Both the position numbers and the translations under genes were made by a program. Shown in pieces: positions 38,421-51,100 of a DNA stretch of 64,000 bases (the first letter of the stretch is position 1; the number at the start of each line of letters is the position of its first letter). Below the pieces are notes generated by a model, which did not search any database, was not told the origin of the DNA, and saw only the letters and a program-made list of their open reading frames with translations. Origin of the DNA: Negaprion brevirostris (taxonomy: Eukaryota); NCBI GenBank assembly GCA_030324005.1, contig JARDVH010000099.1, positions 52,609,172 to 52,673,171 on the forward strand, given 5' to 3'.

Positions 38421-39300
38421 TGTTGCACGCCATGGACTTTTCAAAACAATATGTACTGTTTAAATTTATGTTCTAATTAAACTGAATACATCTTGAGTTA
38501 TTGTGACTCACAGATCTTTAGGTTTAGATTTAGGATTTATCTACCAATGAGAAAACAGTGCTAAAAGCAAAAGTTTCCAAACGTCAAGCTTCACAAATTC
38601 AAACAGGGCAAATCAACAAACAGAAACTATAAGCACCACTGGGACAGAGATACTCAGGTTTTGAGTGTCCAATTTTTAGTACTTCGGGCAGATTGTTGGT
38701 CAGAGAAGCCCACTTCCCTGATGGGCAATAGAAGTTCTTCCAGGTGATAAGAAGCAGAGGAAACTCTTCAGAGCAGTGAGTGTCACAGATCCCCAAGAAG
38801 GACAGCCTAAGGAGAATGGAAAGCATTTCCTCCAGTGTGAATATCATCTCTGCATTATTGTGCACATGGAAGTGTGGGAAAAGATTCAATGGCCGGAGCT
38901 CTACCACTTCACCCGTCCTGGAATCAGTGCGGGTGAGGGTCCGACAACAGAAATCTCCGTTGACCTTGGACGGGAGTTTCTGGTCTCACCCGAGCAAGAT
39001 CATAAAATCCTGTCAATGACTTAGTCAGTCATGGAATGAGACTTGAGACTTCACATGTACCTTACATTAATTGATGTATACTCATCATGTATGGCATTTA
39101 GCATTATTTATCCTATGCACAATCTTACTATAAATATCAACAAAGCAGCAGCTTCCATTACGATCTCAAAAATCACTTTAGATACATAGAGCCCCAAAAA
39201 TATCTTGCATCTTTATGTTGTTTGACCACTCCTCCCTGTCCCTATGGTTGCCTATTATGTAAGTTGATACTTGAATAAGTATTGTGAGAAAGAAACTCTC
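38421..39300. mobile_element. Possible solo-LTR-like insertion
   Basis: Begins TGTTG exactly where the CR1 fragment breaks off, with a change in composition. The right end and TSD are not resolved. Confidence 0.3.
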
Positions 39301-40589
39301 AAAATTCTTGGAAGAGAGGCTAAACTTCTTTTAGTTTACTTTACAAATGTCCATCATAGTTGCATCTGAGTTGTCACTGGAGAGAATCCAGCAGAGGCTT
39401 TAGTACATTTTTGCTGCTTCTCATTCTATTTTGTCATTTACTATTGGAAAACATATACTGATGCCTTTTACCATACCATTCAGTGGAATCTTCCATTCTT
39501 AACTTCAATGGTGGAAGCATAAGTCCGAGTGTTTCCACTGCGGGATGGGATAGCTGACCATGTGTGATTTTGCACTGGTCAGCTCATTACTTATGCATCT
39601 GAGCACAGCATGGATGGCTATCTTGGCGTTCATGCAACTGAAAAGATGCGGTTCATGTCAAATGCTTAAAGGCAGTTAGAGGTTCTGATGCTGATACTCA
39701 TTCTGCTGCAATAAACTTTGAGACATGGGCTTTACTGATCTTATTAATGTTAATAGGTGCCATTACACAAGTCTGTGACCATGGTGACTGAATGTCCTGT
39801 AGATACAGCATGGCTAGAATGATCACAAATTATGGTATTTTGTCTTAAGTTGCTAACAAAATCAGACACTCCCCTGCCAACCAAGTGCAGTATCTGGCCT
39901 GCGCAGATACTGGAAACCTGCGGAAAGTGCAGCCAGCAGTAGCAATATTGTTTCAACAGATCTATCACGGAATGGCCATCCCACTCCTAGGAATTTCTAG
40001 TGATATGCATTGACAGGTCACTTGGAGCATTCCTGTTACTACTGTAGCAAATATATTAAGCACCATGTTAATGTTTAAAGGACATGCTTCCAACTTTGTC
40101 ACTGAGGAATGTACCATGTTGGAAAACATTAGCAAACACAAAAATAATATGTGGAGATTTTAAAATTAATCGTATGACAGTTGCTTGTGGAGTGCAAGTT
40201 CCTGCAAAGGTATACAAGAGGGTTTCATCAGGTGCTACGAAAAGTATACTGGTGAACTGGGTTGAAAATAGAAGAAATTGTTGGTGAAGGTGTACAGAAA
40301 GACTGAAACATATATAGAATCTATTAGGATCACTGTAGAGACCAATCACAAAATCCTACTGCTTATAACTGCTCTCTCTCTCCTGGATCTTGGCAGACTA
40401 ACCTTATCTGTGAATGTCCAGGGTTATCTTTGGCACTTCCTCTCTCAAAGCCTACATCCATAGCAACATGGATTACATGGGCCTTGCATCCAGGTGTAAA
40501 TGCTGGTTAGTTATTCCCAAGATTTCAACTCTCTCTTGTCTTGGAAGTAAATGAAAAGTTCAAAGCACAGACTCTCTATCTCGGCTGGC

Positions 40590-41563
40590 TGTTCCCTGTC
40601 AGCATTCCACAAGGATGGTTCCCTCCAAGACACCCTGATCCATTCCTCCATCACAGCCAACACCTTATCTTTCCTGTTGGCACCTTCCCTTGCAATTGTA
40701 GGTGCAACACCTGCCCCTTCACCTTCTACCTGCTCAACATCCCAGGGCCTAAACACTCTTTTCAAGTGAAGCAGCTTCATTGCATCTTCTTTAATCTGGT
40801 TTGCTGTATTCACTGCTGCCGATGATATCTAGTCTCCATCAGAGAGACTAAATGTAAACCGGTGATCACTTTGTAGAACATCTTCGGTCCACCTGCAAGC
40901 AAAACCCAAACCTTCCTGTTACTCGCTATTTCAGCACACCACCCTGCTCTCTTGTCCACATGTCCATCTTTGGCCTTTTGCAATGTTCCAGTGAAGCCCA
41001 ATGTAAACTGGGGGAACAGAACCTCATCTTTCAATTAAACACTGTACAGCCTTCCGGACTGAACATTTTTCAACAACTACAGATCATGAACTCTCTCCTC
41101 CACCTCCATTTATCTTATTGCATTTATTCTTTCATCTTATTCATCCATTATTATTACTTTATATTCTTATTTTTACACTTCTAAAATCATGCTTTCCATC
41201 TTATTTCCCACCCCCCCGACCCCACACTCTACTCGGGCTGTCGCATTCCTACCTTCTGCACCTCTGTTCGGCCATTTACACATTACTATTTCTTAACGTT
41301 CACTCTTAGCACCATTCTCAGCCTTTATCATCACCATCTACATTCCCTTTGTCTTTCTGAATATGCCATCCCGATCAATTACAGCTCCCCCCTCACCCTG
41401 ACAGTATAAATCTTGCCTGATTTTCCTTGTCTTCAGCTCTGAAGTTCATTCTGACTCAAAACGTTGGTTCTAATCTCTCTACAGATGATGTCAGACTTGC
41501 TGAGACTTTCCAGCATTCTCTGTTCTTGTTTCAGATTTCAGCATCCGCAATGGTTTGCTTTTA
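40590..41563 (+). mobile_element. Penelope-like retroelement: GIY-YIG endonuclease region plus terminal repeat
   Basis: AFHKDGSLQDTLIHSS, GTFPCNCRCNTCPF, NLVCCIHC, (I)RETK, EHLRS and EAQCKLGEQNLIFQLNTVQPSGLN motifs. The 3' repeat acagatgatgtcagacttgctgag...cagcatccgca matches 47338-47452. Confidence 0.85.
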
Positions 41564-44105
41564 TCTTAGGCTGGTTACCATCGTCTTCAAACCTAAATAC
41601 CTTGCACCTTCTTCCCAGAAAAAGAATCTAAGCCCCTTTTAATCTCCAGCAATCAAACCACCCAGGTTTGCTGTCAGGCAGTCATCAGGTTACACGGCTT
41701 CCTTCATTTTATCTTCAATGAAAGACACAGTCCCAAAACATAACCATCTTCTAAACCATATAAATGTAAAAGTACCACTGTTAATGTAGTAAGGCTGTAA
41801 ATTAAGAGCTGCACTAATTCCTCTCATTGTCAGCAAAGGTCTGCTATTACTTCTTCAACTCCCCTTGGTTATCCCCTTGCCATACTTGGATCCCTTACTA
41901 TAATGATGTGACATTGTCACTTAACTTTTGTTCAGCATGAAGCAATAATCCTTGAATCTCACTGGATTGCTTTAAGGGCATCTCCAGATGGATTCAGGAT
42001 TAATGCTTAAGAAACCTTGACTACCTCTTACTCTTGGGAGTGGACTGACAAGATGGGTGGCTTAAAATTGGGTAATGTCATGGGGAGGATTGGGGGAAGG
42101 CAGTCACCTACTTGTCTCTACTGGAATTTTACCAGTAGTAGGGAAAGTGGTGGAAGGCCTGCTTATCCAGTCAGCCATTCAGTGTCCAATTAATGCGCAC
42201 AAAAATTCTTCCCAATGCTTGGTGTATTTTAGCAGGGACAGGGAGTCAACTGGGAGCTTGGTGGAGTCCCTCCAGTTCACGCACCCTGTGCCCTTCAGAG
42301 TGTCTCTCCAAAGAGGAAAGGGACATCCTCAGTTTTTACACAGCCCCCTCACCTACCCCAGTGAGCTCATCCCACTTACCCGCTTTTCTGGCCTACACCA
42401 TGGTTCCCAGGTTGGGAACTGGTCGCAGTCCCAGCAGTGCCTTGGGATAGGGGAGTTAAAGCCACTATCTCAGATAACTCATCACCTGTGACTGTAAAAT
42501 CGGGTTGTAGCTTCCAGGGTTGGTGAAAATGGGATGGCCAGGCACAGAGGCCACCAGCTCAAAGCTACGCTAGTTTTTATGATGACTGAAAAGAAGTGAT
42601 TAAGTTAGCGTTTTCACCTATTAAAAATATAGTTTGTGGGGGTGGGGCCAGTCAGCAGAACTTGTGTGCGTGTTTCTATTCTCTAAGAGCTCTACCTTTC
42701 TCACTCAACAATAGTGTAGGTGGCTATATAACTACTGTTTTCCATTTACCCTGGTTGTTAACTTTCAGTGTTGTATCAGGTAGTGTGGTAAAGCAAAACC
42801 ATTGAACCGCTGCCATTCTGGGTACAGATGGTGATCTGCTGAACTGCGCCAATGATTTATTGAGAAAGTGCAAGAATTGGCTATTAATTAATGCACATTC
42901 ACTGCATTGCAGCAACGGTAGGAGTTCTTCAAGAAAGCTTATTTTACCATACACTGCACATTTTCATCAAGAACCAAATGTCTGTCATCGAAAGTAATGT
43001 TTCCGGCAGAGTGGTTAACGTTCCATGTGAGGGAGAAGCTATGGTTTTGTCTCTGCTGGGTGGGAAGGGTGGGGCATAAAACACAACTGGATAGTGGTCA
43101 TGTGACTGGTCCAGCACCGAGATGAGCAACTCAATACATCTGTTGAGACATATTGATACTCCACACCCACTGTAAGAGTTGATCAATGCTTTCTGTATGA
43201 ACATGCAATTACATGGCTCAGAAATGCCATTCACACCACTGCAACAAACAAGAGGTTAGATTATCTAGGAAATCTGGAAAGATGACAATAATTAGCACAA
43301 GCCCAAACCTATTTGTCACTCAGAAAGTTCAACTTTTTAAATTGTATTTCCACCTGTAGTCTTGTGACTTTATTTGAAGGCTGCAAAGAAAACATATTCT
43401 GGATTCATTGTGGTCCAAAGCTACGCTGATAATAATTTACTTTAACCCAGATGGATACTCTCTGGCTGCATATATGGGAGGAGTTACCAACGTTTATATC
43501 AGACAAGTCCATAGCAGCTCAGCACTACACAATAATCCAAAGTCTGCATAAAATGCCAGCATTAAAGTCTTGGATTGATTTTCCTGACAGTGAAGATCTC
43601 TTCTTGAGAACTTTCGTAATGTAGACCTCAAGACATTGAACAACTACAAGGGCTGCATTTGTAAAAAGGTGTCCTGGTTACAGCTACACACTCAGTCCAC
43701 TAGCTGCAACTGCAGCACAGTCTAATCCATGACAATGTCATATTGCCGGTTATTCACTGCACCCCAGTGCATCCCACAAAAAAAGAAAATGCTTTCAATC
43801 TTTCCTGTTCAACCGCAAGACTGTAAATCAACATTGCCGGATGCCATATTTTCTCTTCTCACTGACATAGAAATCTGTTGTGTCTGGAATTACTTCTGAT
43901 CTTTAAACAGATAATTTTTTTTGCCAATTGTCTGCACATTATTAGTAACTCAATTTCTTAGCAGTGGAATAAGAAAGCAAACAAAAACAGGGATAGCACT
44001 TTGAAGGTACTTTGATGATGTAACTTGTGCCTTTCCATGTGGATATAGGTGTTGCCCTTGAGTAAATAGAACATATTTATATATACATATTATGATCCCA
44101 GCTGA

Positions 44106-44949
44106 TGTTACTACTGTACAAGTCAGATCCCAGGATGAACCTGGCTTCATTTGGATTTCTCGATTTCCAAGGATTTCTCCTTAATTCAATCCAGACGCTT
44201 ATCACACTGGGAGCCAATTGGTCTCACTGGAACTCTGTCTTACACACCAGGGTTTCCAGTCTCTGCTCTTGAAGAATATGCCTCAGATCTCTACACCAAC
44301 TGGCGTGGTGCATTCAAGCTTCACCCTTGACACACACTCTTAAATACCCAGCTATGCCAACAGAACAGCACTGCGTTATAGGCCCGTAATAAGGAGGCAC
44401 TAGCCTTCTAGTCACCTTGGATCTCTGGCTTTTCGTAAGTCCACTTTGCTTTTTGTCAGCATTTTGTGGCTTCCTCATTTTAACTTGGAGTTCCTTCTCT
44501 GCTCCCCACTCTTAACAGGACCTTTTCCAGATTCCTGTTCTTTTCCTTTGACTAGAAAACCTTCTTGAAACCTCATTCTGTCTCTCTCCCTGGCTGTAGC
44601 ATCTTTTTGTGTTTGGGGCCTACGATGCGCAATCACCCTTCATGTCTTATAGAGAGAGACAACTGCTCCTTGCACCTCCGAGTATAATCACCAACTGAAC
44701 TTAAACTGCTTTTCATGTATCTGTGACCCCCCGCCACCACCCCCACCCTGGTTGCCAGGCAGCAGCATAGTTTTCCCCACTTTAAAAGTTGTAAAACTTC
44801 ATTAAAAAATGCAGGCATCTTTTAAAGCGAAACTAAAACTCCTTAACACACCATTACAGATACATAATCTTAAATTGAAAGTTATACTTTCTGCTCAATA
44901 CACAAAAGCACAAGTATAAATTACTTAAAACTATCTCTATTTCCTAACA
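44106..44949. mobile_element. Probable solo LTR
   Basis: TGTTA...TAACA termini. The end aaaactatctctatttcctaaca resembles a common shark LTR. No matching TSD seen. Confidence 0.5.
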
Positions 44950-45752
44950 ATATATAATATGTAAAAGAAAAATGGTCACAAATCCATATATCGGGGATTG
45001 AGGATTTAGTAGAGTTAAAGAATAATAGAAAGAGGGTAAAATCAAATAAATCAATCTAATTGTTTTCGGTTAACCCATTTTCACACATCATACAATCCTG
45101 ACCTAAATGTGCTCCAAGAAGTTTGTGAAATGTTTGATATTTGCCAGTGCAAGTCATACTTTCTTAGATGGCGAAATCTAAACAACTGGGTGAAATTCTC
45201 ACAAACACTCCATATAGCAGTCTTACAAATTCAGTCCTTTTCAGTCAAATTTTATCCTTTTCAAAAGATGGTTCCGATGTAGCAACAACTTCATCAAAAG
45301 GTTCCTAATCGTCTTTTGCCAAAAGTGCAAGTGATGCCGTATTGTTTGGAGCACTTATAGGCATCAGTGAAGATGCCTGTAGAAAATGTAGCTATCATTT
45401 AAATATTATAATCACGACCTCTTCCTGACTTTCATGACTATGTGCGAATCAAAGTTCTCTCCTTATTCTGGCCAGCAGATCATGACAAAACAGGCTAGCT
45501 ACAGCTTTTAGAAGCAGTATTTAAAGACATCCTTCACTTCACTAAACCGAGTCTCTGGTTAGTCATTTTAGGGTCCTAGAATGTTTTGGGCCTAGGGTTT
45601 GGCTGCTTTGAATACTATTTGGCTGTTAAATACTTTGGAAGAATGAGGCTGTGGGGCACTTCAACTGTTTCAGAGTCTCCATGTTCATAGTTGCTGAAAA
45701 TGGGCATGTTCATCCTTTATAATAATATTCTCCTTAAATTTTATCTCACACT

Positions 45753-45888
45753 GGTCGGGATTCTCCGATGTCGTACAACCTGCCACCGCTGCCAGCGAGA
45801 ATGGAGAATTTAGCGCTCAGCCAAATCTCCATTCACTGCAGTGGGATTAGAGAGTCCCAACTACAGGCGCGGCCAGAGAATTACAGCC
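45753..45888. mobile_element. Harbinger/Tourist-like MITE
   Basis: TIRs GGTCGGGATTCTC / GAGAATTACAGCC and an internal hairpin aatggagaattt...aaatctccatt. Confidence 0.75.
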
Positions 45889-47337
45889 TTTCTCTCTTTA
45901 TTCTCATCAGGCCTGCTGCACATATACAAATATAAATTATATATTTTTAGGTAATTTAAAAAAAAATCTGGTCCTTTACTGCCTGAGCTACTTTGTTCTT
46001 TTTTAAATATGTTTCCAGGAGATTCATGTACCCACATTTATTAAGGAAACCAGTCAAACAGTAATTACACCTTGCCATCCCTTTGCTGGGAGAGGGGATG
46101 GATGTTTGGATATAATTATACTACGATAATTTCACATTGGCAGCAGCTGTTGTGAACGTACACATAGGAATTAAATAATGGGACACAATGATGGGAAGTC
46201 TGCATAGACTCAAATTTCTTAAAACTTACATTTAGCACGTACTTCCTATAAGTACCACACTTGATTCCTGTAATATTCCCCATCGCACTCTTCAGACTCA
46301 CCATGATTAATACCTTGGAAAATTTCCTACTGCTGCACATGGATCTCCTAAAGCCAAATAATTATGAGGGGGGAGGCTAAAGTTCAGATTTGTCTGCTCT
46401 GGTCCCCAAAGGTAGGGTCAAAGAGGGGCCAGAGACCTCCAGCTAGATCCAATGGCTGTAGTATTCCTCTGAACTCAACATTATTCTTCTAGTCCACGGC
46501 TGGCCTGTTCCCACTAGCCCGTTTCCACAGCCCCTCCCCATAAATTACTGTCCATTTATTCACGTGCAATAGACAGAAAGTTTTGCTCCTGAACAGATAG
46601 AGAGCTGCAGCACTTTTCAAACTCAACACCTGCAGCTTGCTGAAAGATATTCAAGAGGGTGCACCTGTAAGTGATTTGGGCTTTACAGATGTTGCTTTAG
46701 AAAGACAAAGCTGGCAAACTGGTAATATCATGGCTGTTTGGTGCCCAACCTTGAACTCCCTTCCAAATGCTTCACAGTTGCATGCTCAAGTGTCCAACCT
46801 AAAAGTGATCGGAGAACTCATTTGCTTGCACTTGCCCACTTCTGGCTATCAAAAAGCATGGTGGAAGCAGAATAGTAGTTAAAAGTGAGGTGTAAGTGTT
46901 TAAAGAAATAAAAAAAACAGTGGAAAAGGGCTGGGGAATGGGATTAATGGTGTCTTTCTGTGCTGAAAAAATTTATGATTGATCAAAGAACTCTGCATCA
47001 TGAGGACAATAAGAACTTAATTGTTTTTGAGACTGCAAATCAAAATGGTAGAGGTAATGTGACTTTCTCTTTGAAACACATTGCTGAGTTTACAGCAGAA
47101 ATATTTTGGGTGTGCAATTCTGATCTGGAGCAGTAGCACTGTGGAAACAGCAGGACCACCAAGGGGGCTGTGTAGTGCCCCCAGTTGAATCTGGCAGAAC
47201 CTCTGTTATGCCCTATGCTCAGAAGGGCATTTGTAACGGCACTCTGCATGTGCTGGAAGCCTCTAAACATGCTTAGTCCTGCAGGCTGATTTACAAAACC
47301 AAATCACATAGATCCATTCAACATATTCTCTGAGGAT

Positions 47338-47452
47338 GAAAGCAAAATACTGCGGATGCTGGAACCTGAAACAAAAACAGAAAATGCTAACAGCATCTGT
47401 GGAGAGAGAAGAGCTAACATTTCAATTCTGGATGACCCTTCGTCAGAGCTCT
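47338..47452 (-). mobile_element. Solo Penelope terminal repeat (pLTR) fragment
   Basis: The reverse complement is colinear with the tail of the Penelope copy at 41435-41563 (ctctccacagatgctg...tgtttcag.ttccagcatccgcagtattttgcttt). Confidence 0.8.
47410..47452 (-). ncRNA. Minimal type I hammerhead ribozyme motif (partly decayed)
   Basis: Minus strand AGAGCU-CUGACGA-AGGGUCAUCCAGAAUU-GAAA-UGUU-AGCUCU: 6-bp stem I, CUGANGA and GAAA core boxes, weak stem II, minimal stem III. Confidence 0.6.
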
Positions 47453-48759
47453 GCTCAGTAGTGTTGCCCTGTAAGTTCCTTAACAGTAGCAGAATGTCTC
47501 TGTGACCTTGCTCTCTGGGTGCATAAAACTATCCTTTTCACCTTGCCTGGCAGAAGCCCACCCAAATCCAGTGTGTCCCACCATGTGCAGAACTCAAATC
47601 TATAATAGCCTCCATTAACAGGTATCTGCATTGTTGGCCACGAATGTCAGATTAAGTGATCTGGCCTCTTCATAACTGGCATGGTATTGCTTTCTCAGCG
47701 CTCTCCTGCTGGATGTGGTGTGGCTGGACAGTTCTTTGGTGCCTGAAAGGATGAAAGCAGAAAAGAAGTTGGGATGAGAAAGAACACAGGATATCCAAAG
47801 CCACACTATCTGCAGCTGGCACATCAGGCAAGATGAGGATGAGCTGCAAGCTGAGAAGGAAAATATGCCAGGAAGATATATTCAATGTTCTCAATAATGC
47901 AAGATGCTAGGAATTCTGTTGCAGTCAGCCTCCTAATGCGGAGAACCACTTCCTTTGTGGGCTCATGAGATTCAGGCATTCTTGCCCCTGACTGATTCTG
48001 CTCTGCTTCCTTCTATAATGTGCCACCCTATATTGCAATAAAGAGTGCATAAAGTCAGTCATTGTTTTGTTTTGCATTTGATGATCTACCTGCCATAGTC
48101 GAATGGCAGTCTGTGTGGAAGCTGCAGGATCTGGATGAGAGGTTGGCATCATTTGAATATGTGTGATGGTGAAGTATTTGAATAACAGGGGAGATTTGAA
48201 TCCTCATAGCCAGAGACTGCCAGTGGGTGAGTGAAGAGGCTGTGGTGCATTGAGCAGTGTGAGATGTTGATGGTGTAGCTGGTAGATTTAGGCTGGAATT
48301 TTCCAGCCATTAATGCCAGCAGGATTTAATCATTGACCTTGACTATCCATATGAGATCATTAGACTTCTTATGCTGCTAGGTTCTCGAGGTCAATTCATC
48401 AGGAATTGATCTCCTGGACCATCTGGTTCCTTTCTGCGGTTGGTCCTCAAGGGGCTCCTGTGCCTCTGTGGAACCATTAAGTCTATTTATGTGCATCTCC
48501 AGTGCCACATCACAGAATGCCTTGGCATTCCATATTCCTTCTTCAAAACTGCAACAATAGCATTCAGCAGCAGCCTCCTAAAATTCAGTGCAACTCTCCT
48601 TTAAGAGGGGTGGATGGTCGTTAAGAACAGCAGGTTGGGTGCACCATGCACCATCAATGCATGCTACTCAACTCTGTGCTGAGCACTCAGGCAACCAGCA
48701 GCATAGGTTATGACTGGACCAATGCTACAATCAGGTAAATGAAAAGGCGCATCACGTCA

Positions 48760-49457
48760 TGAGATAGAGAATCTGATGAACTGGTGCGGCAATAATAATC
48801 TCTCCTCAATGCCAACAAAACAAATTGTCATCAACTTTAGGAAGCGTAAAGGAGAACATGCCCCTGTCTACATCAACAGGGATTTCAAGTTTTTAGGTGT
48901 CCAGATCAACCTGTCCTGATCCCCCCACGTGACACTATAGTTAAGAAAGCCCACCAATGCCTCTACTTTCTTAGAAGACTAAGGAAATTTGGCATGTCAG
49001 CTATGACTCTCACCAACCTTTACAGACGCATCATAGGAAGCATTCTTTCTGGTTGTATCATAGCTTGGTACGCTATGGTCTGAATGTAGCTCAATCCATC
49101 ATGTAAACCAGCCTCCCGTCCATGGACTCTGTCTACACTTCCTGCTGCCTCAGCAAAGCAGTCAGCATGATTAAGAATCCCACGCACCCCAAACATTCTC
49201 TTTCACCTTCTTCTGTTGGGAAAAAGGTACNNNNNNNNNNNNNNNNNNNNNNNNTCATCTCTGCTGCTGTCAGACTTTTGAATGGACTTACCTTGCATTA
49301 AGTTGATCTTTCTCTACAACCTATCTATGGCTATAATGTGACATTCTCCGCTCTTTTGTTTCCTTCTCTGTGCGGTATGCTTTGTCCGTATAGCAGGCAA
49401 GAAACAATATTTTTCAATGTATGCTAATACATCTGATAATAATAAATCAAATCAAAT
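48760..49457 (+). mobile_element. Rex1/Babar-type LINE 3' fragment
   Basis: gagatagagaatctg... is colinear with the 16458 and 19341 copies. Ends aataaatcaaatcaaat. Confidence 0.9.
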
Positions 49458-49780
49458 GTCCATGTGAATCACAACTTTTATGGTCAATAATTGGCACAGA
49501 CCAATTTCTAACCCTCTTTTTCTTGACAGAATAATTAAAACACTCAGGGAAGGAGCTCTGTACTTTCCAAATAATGTTTATTTTTCTCTAAAAATAGATT
49601 GCTGGGAAAAGATTGTGGCCCATCCAATTACTGGAATGTGTCTTGAAAAAGCCATTCATAAAGTGTGATATGACAGACAAGTACCACCTTTTAGTGAGTA
49701 AATATCTTCTGCTCTAAACACTGCCAAATTCCAGACCTTCATAAAGAAAACCAGGAGTGAAAGAGAATGAGGAGATATAA

Positions 49781-50064
49781 TGGACGAGATTCTCCAGCCT
49801 CCCAGCTGATGCATAACAGTTATCTACCTGAAAATATAATGGCTGGGATTCTCCGGTCCCACTGGCAGCGGACCCCTACCCACATGTTTGCCACCAGCAG
49901 GAGGTGGCATGTTGTTTGCTAGCGGCAGGATTCTTTGGTCCTACCACTGTTAATGGGAATTCTCATTGATGTCACACCACGCTGGCAGGAAACCCGCGGG
50001 CAGGGCTGCGCTGCCGGCAGAACCAGAGAATCCTGCTGGTGCAAACAGCTGGAGAATTCCAGCC
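49781..50064. mobile_element. Harbinger/Tourist-like MITE with rearranged left end
   Basis: TIRs GGCTGGGATTCTCC (49841-49854) and GGAGAATTCCAGCC (50051-50064), plus a second left TIR-like TGGACGAGATTCTCC at 49781. Confidence 0.8.
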
Positions 50065-50459
50065 ATTATATTTTAAAGTAGATAATTGTTATGTGTCAGT
50101 TAGCAAAAAGCAGAAATGAAGTGTAGCACATAACTGCTTTTTCTAATTTGAGCTTTCACTTGCATTTCCAGTGGGCACTAAAACATAGCAGATATTTGCT
50201 TGCATGAATTGATTTATGTCAATTTTCTGAAGGCAGGCAATATCGTGGCCCACAACCTGCATGGCCACCTTGATGCTCTTCATTAATATCAACAGAAGCA
50301 GTGATAGATTAACACATTTCTCACATAATGGGCACAATATATATAAAAAATGTGCGCTCCAGAAAGTTCAAAATATCTCAGAAGACCTGTAATTATTTGA
50401 CATTCAAATTTATAGTATCGGAATATCTTTATTATGAAACTGTCTAAAAATTTAGCCTT

Positions 50460-51100
50460 CAGGTATTATACCAAATATATTATTAGCGAGACCCTCTTGA
50501 TAATATCATTAATAGAGTTTGCAGATGAGAATTTATTAAGCAAATGATTTCATTAGGCAAATTGATTTTTTTACTGAAAAAAGTCTTTTAAGAATTTACT
50601 TCATTAATGACAAAATATGTCAATTCGTCATTACATACGCCACACTTTGCCTCTTTTCTCATTTGTTCATAATTCACTGAATTTTATCTAACCAAATGCA
50701 ACTGAAACATTATGAAACAAAACAATGTGAAAATCTGTGCAGTTAATACACTTAGATTTTTTACACTGGCGTGTCAAGAGAAGAGTGCCCTCTGATCTTT
50801 AATTGGTCAGGTTTAGAGGTGCATTGGTATAAAATTATGAATAGCAGCAGTCTTTTAAACCCTCTCCCACCGATTTATTTGTTGCTTGCTCTAAAGCATC
50901 ATTTATAAATAGTTCTCGAGCATGTCAAAAGAGGCGGCCAACAAGATTACATTGAGATAAAAATACAAAAAAAAACTTTAGGCTACATTGCCTAAAACCG
51001 TGACTTACGATGCACTATTTACAATGACTGAACACCGCAGTGCCAAATAGGATAACATTTAATACAAGGCAAAGGTAACTTGTCCTCCTTTTGTAAGGAA
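50460..51100. promoter_or_regulatory. Candidate conserved non-coding element (enhancer)
   Basis: Repeat-free, with dense homeodomain/TALE-type motifs (TAATTGG, TCATTA, GATTTAT, TGTCA). Conservation not tested. Confidence 0.4.

Noticed and set aside
42690-43950. Unique-looking stretch with several short ORFs (possible processed pseudogene)
   Set aside because: No recognisable protein motif in any listed frame, and no poly(A) or TSD seen.
45230-45378. Minus-strand acceptor-like ttttctacag followed by a short open frame (possible extra GPATCH2 exon)
   Set aside because: The frames I checked close within about 30 codons, there is no similarity to GPATCH2 and there is no convincing donor.
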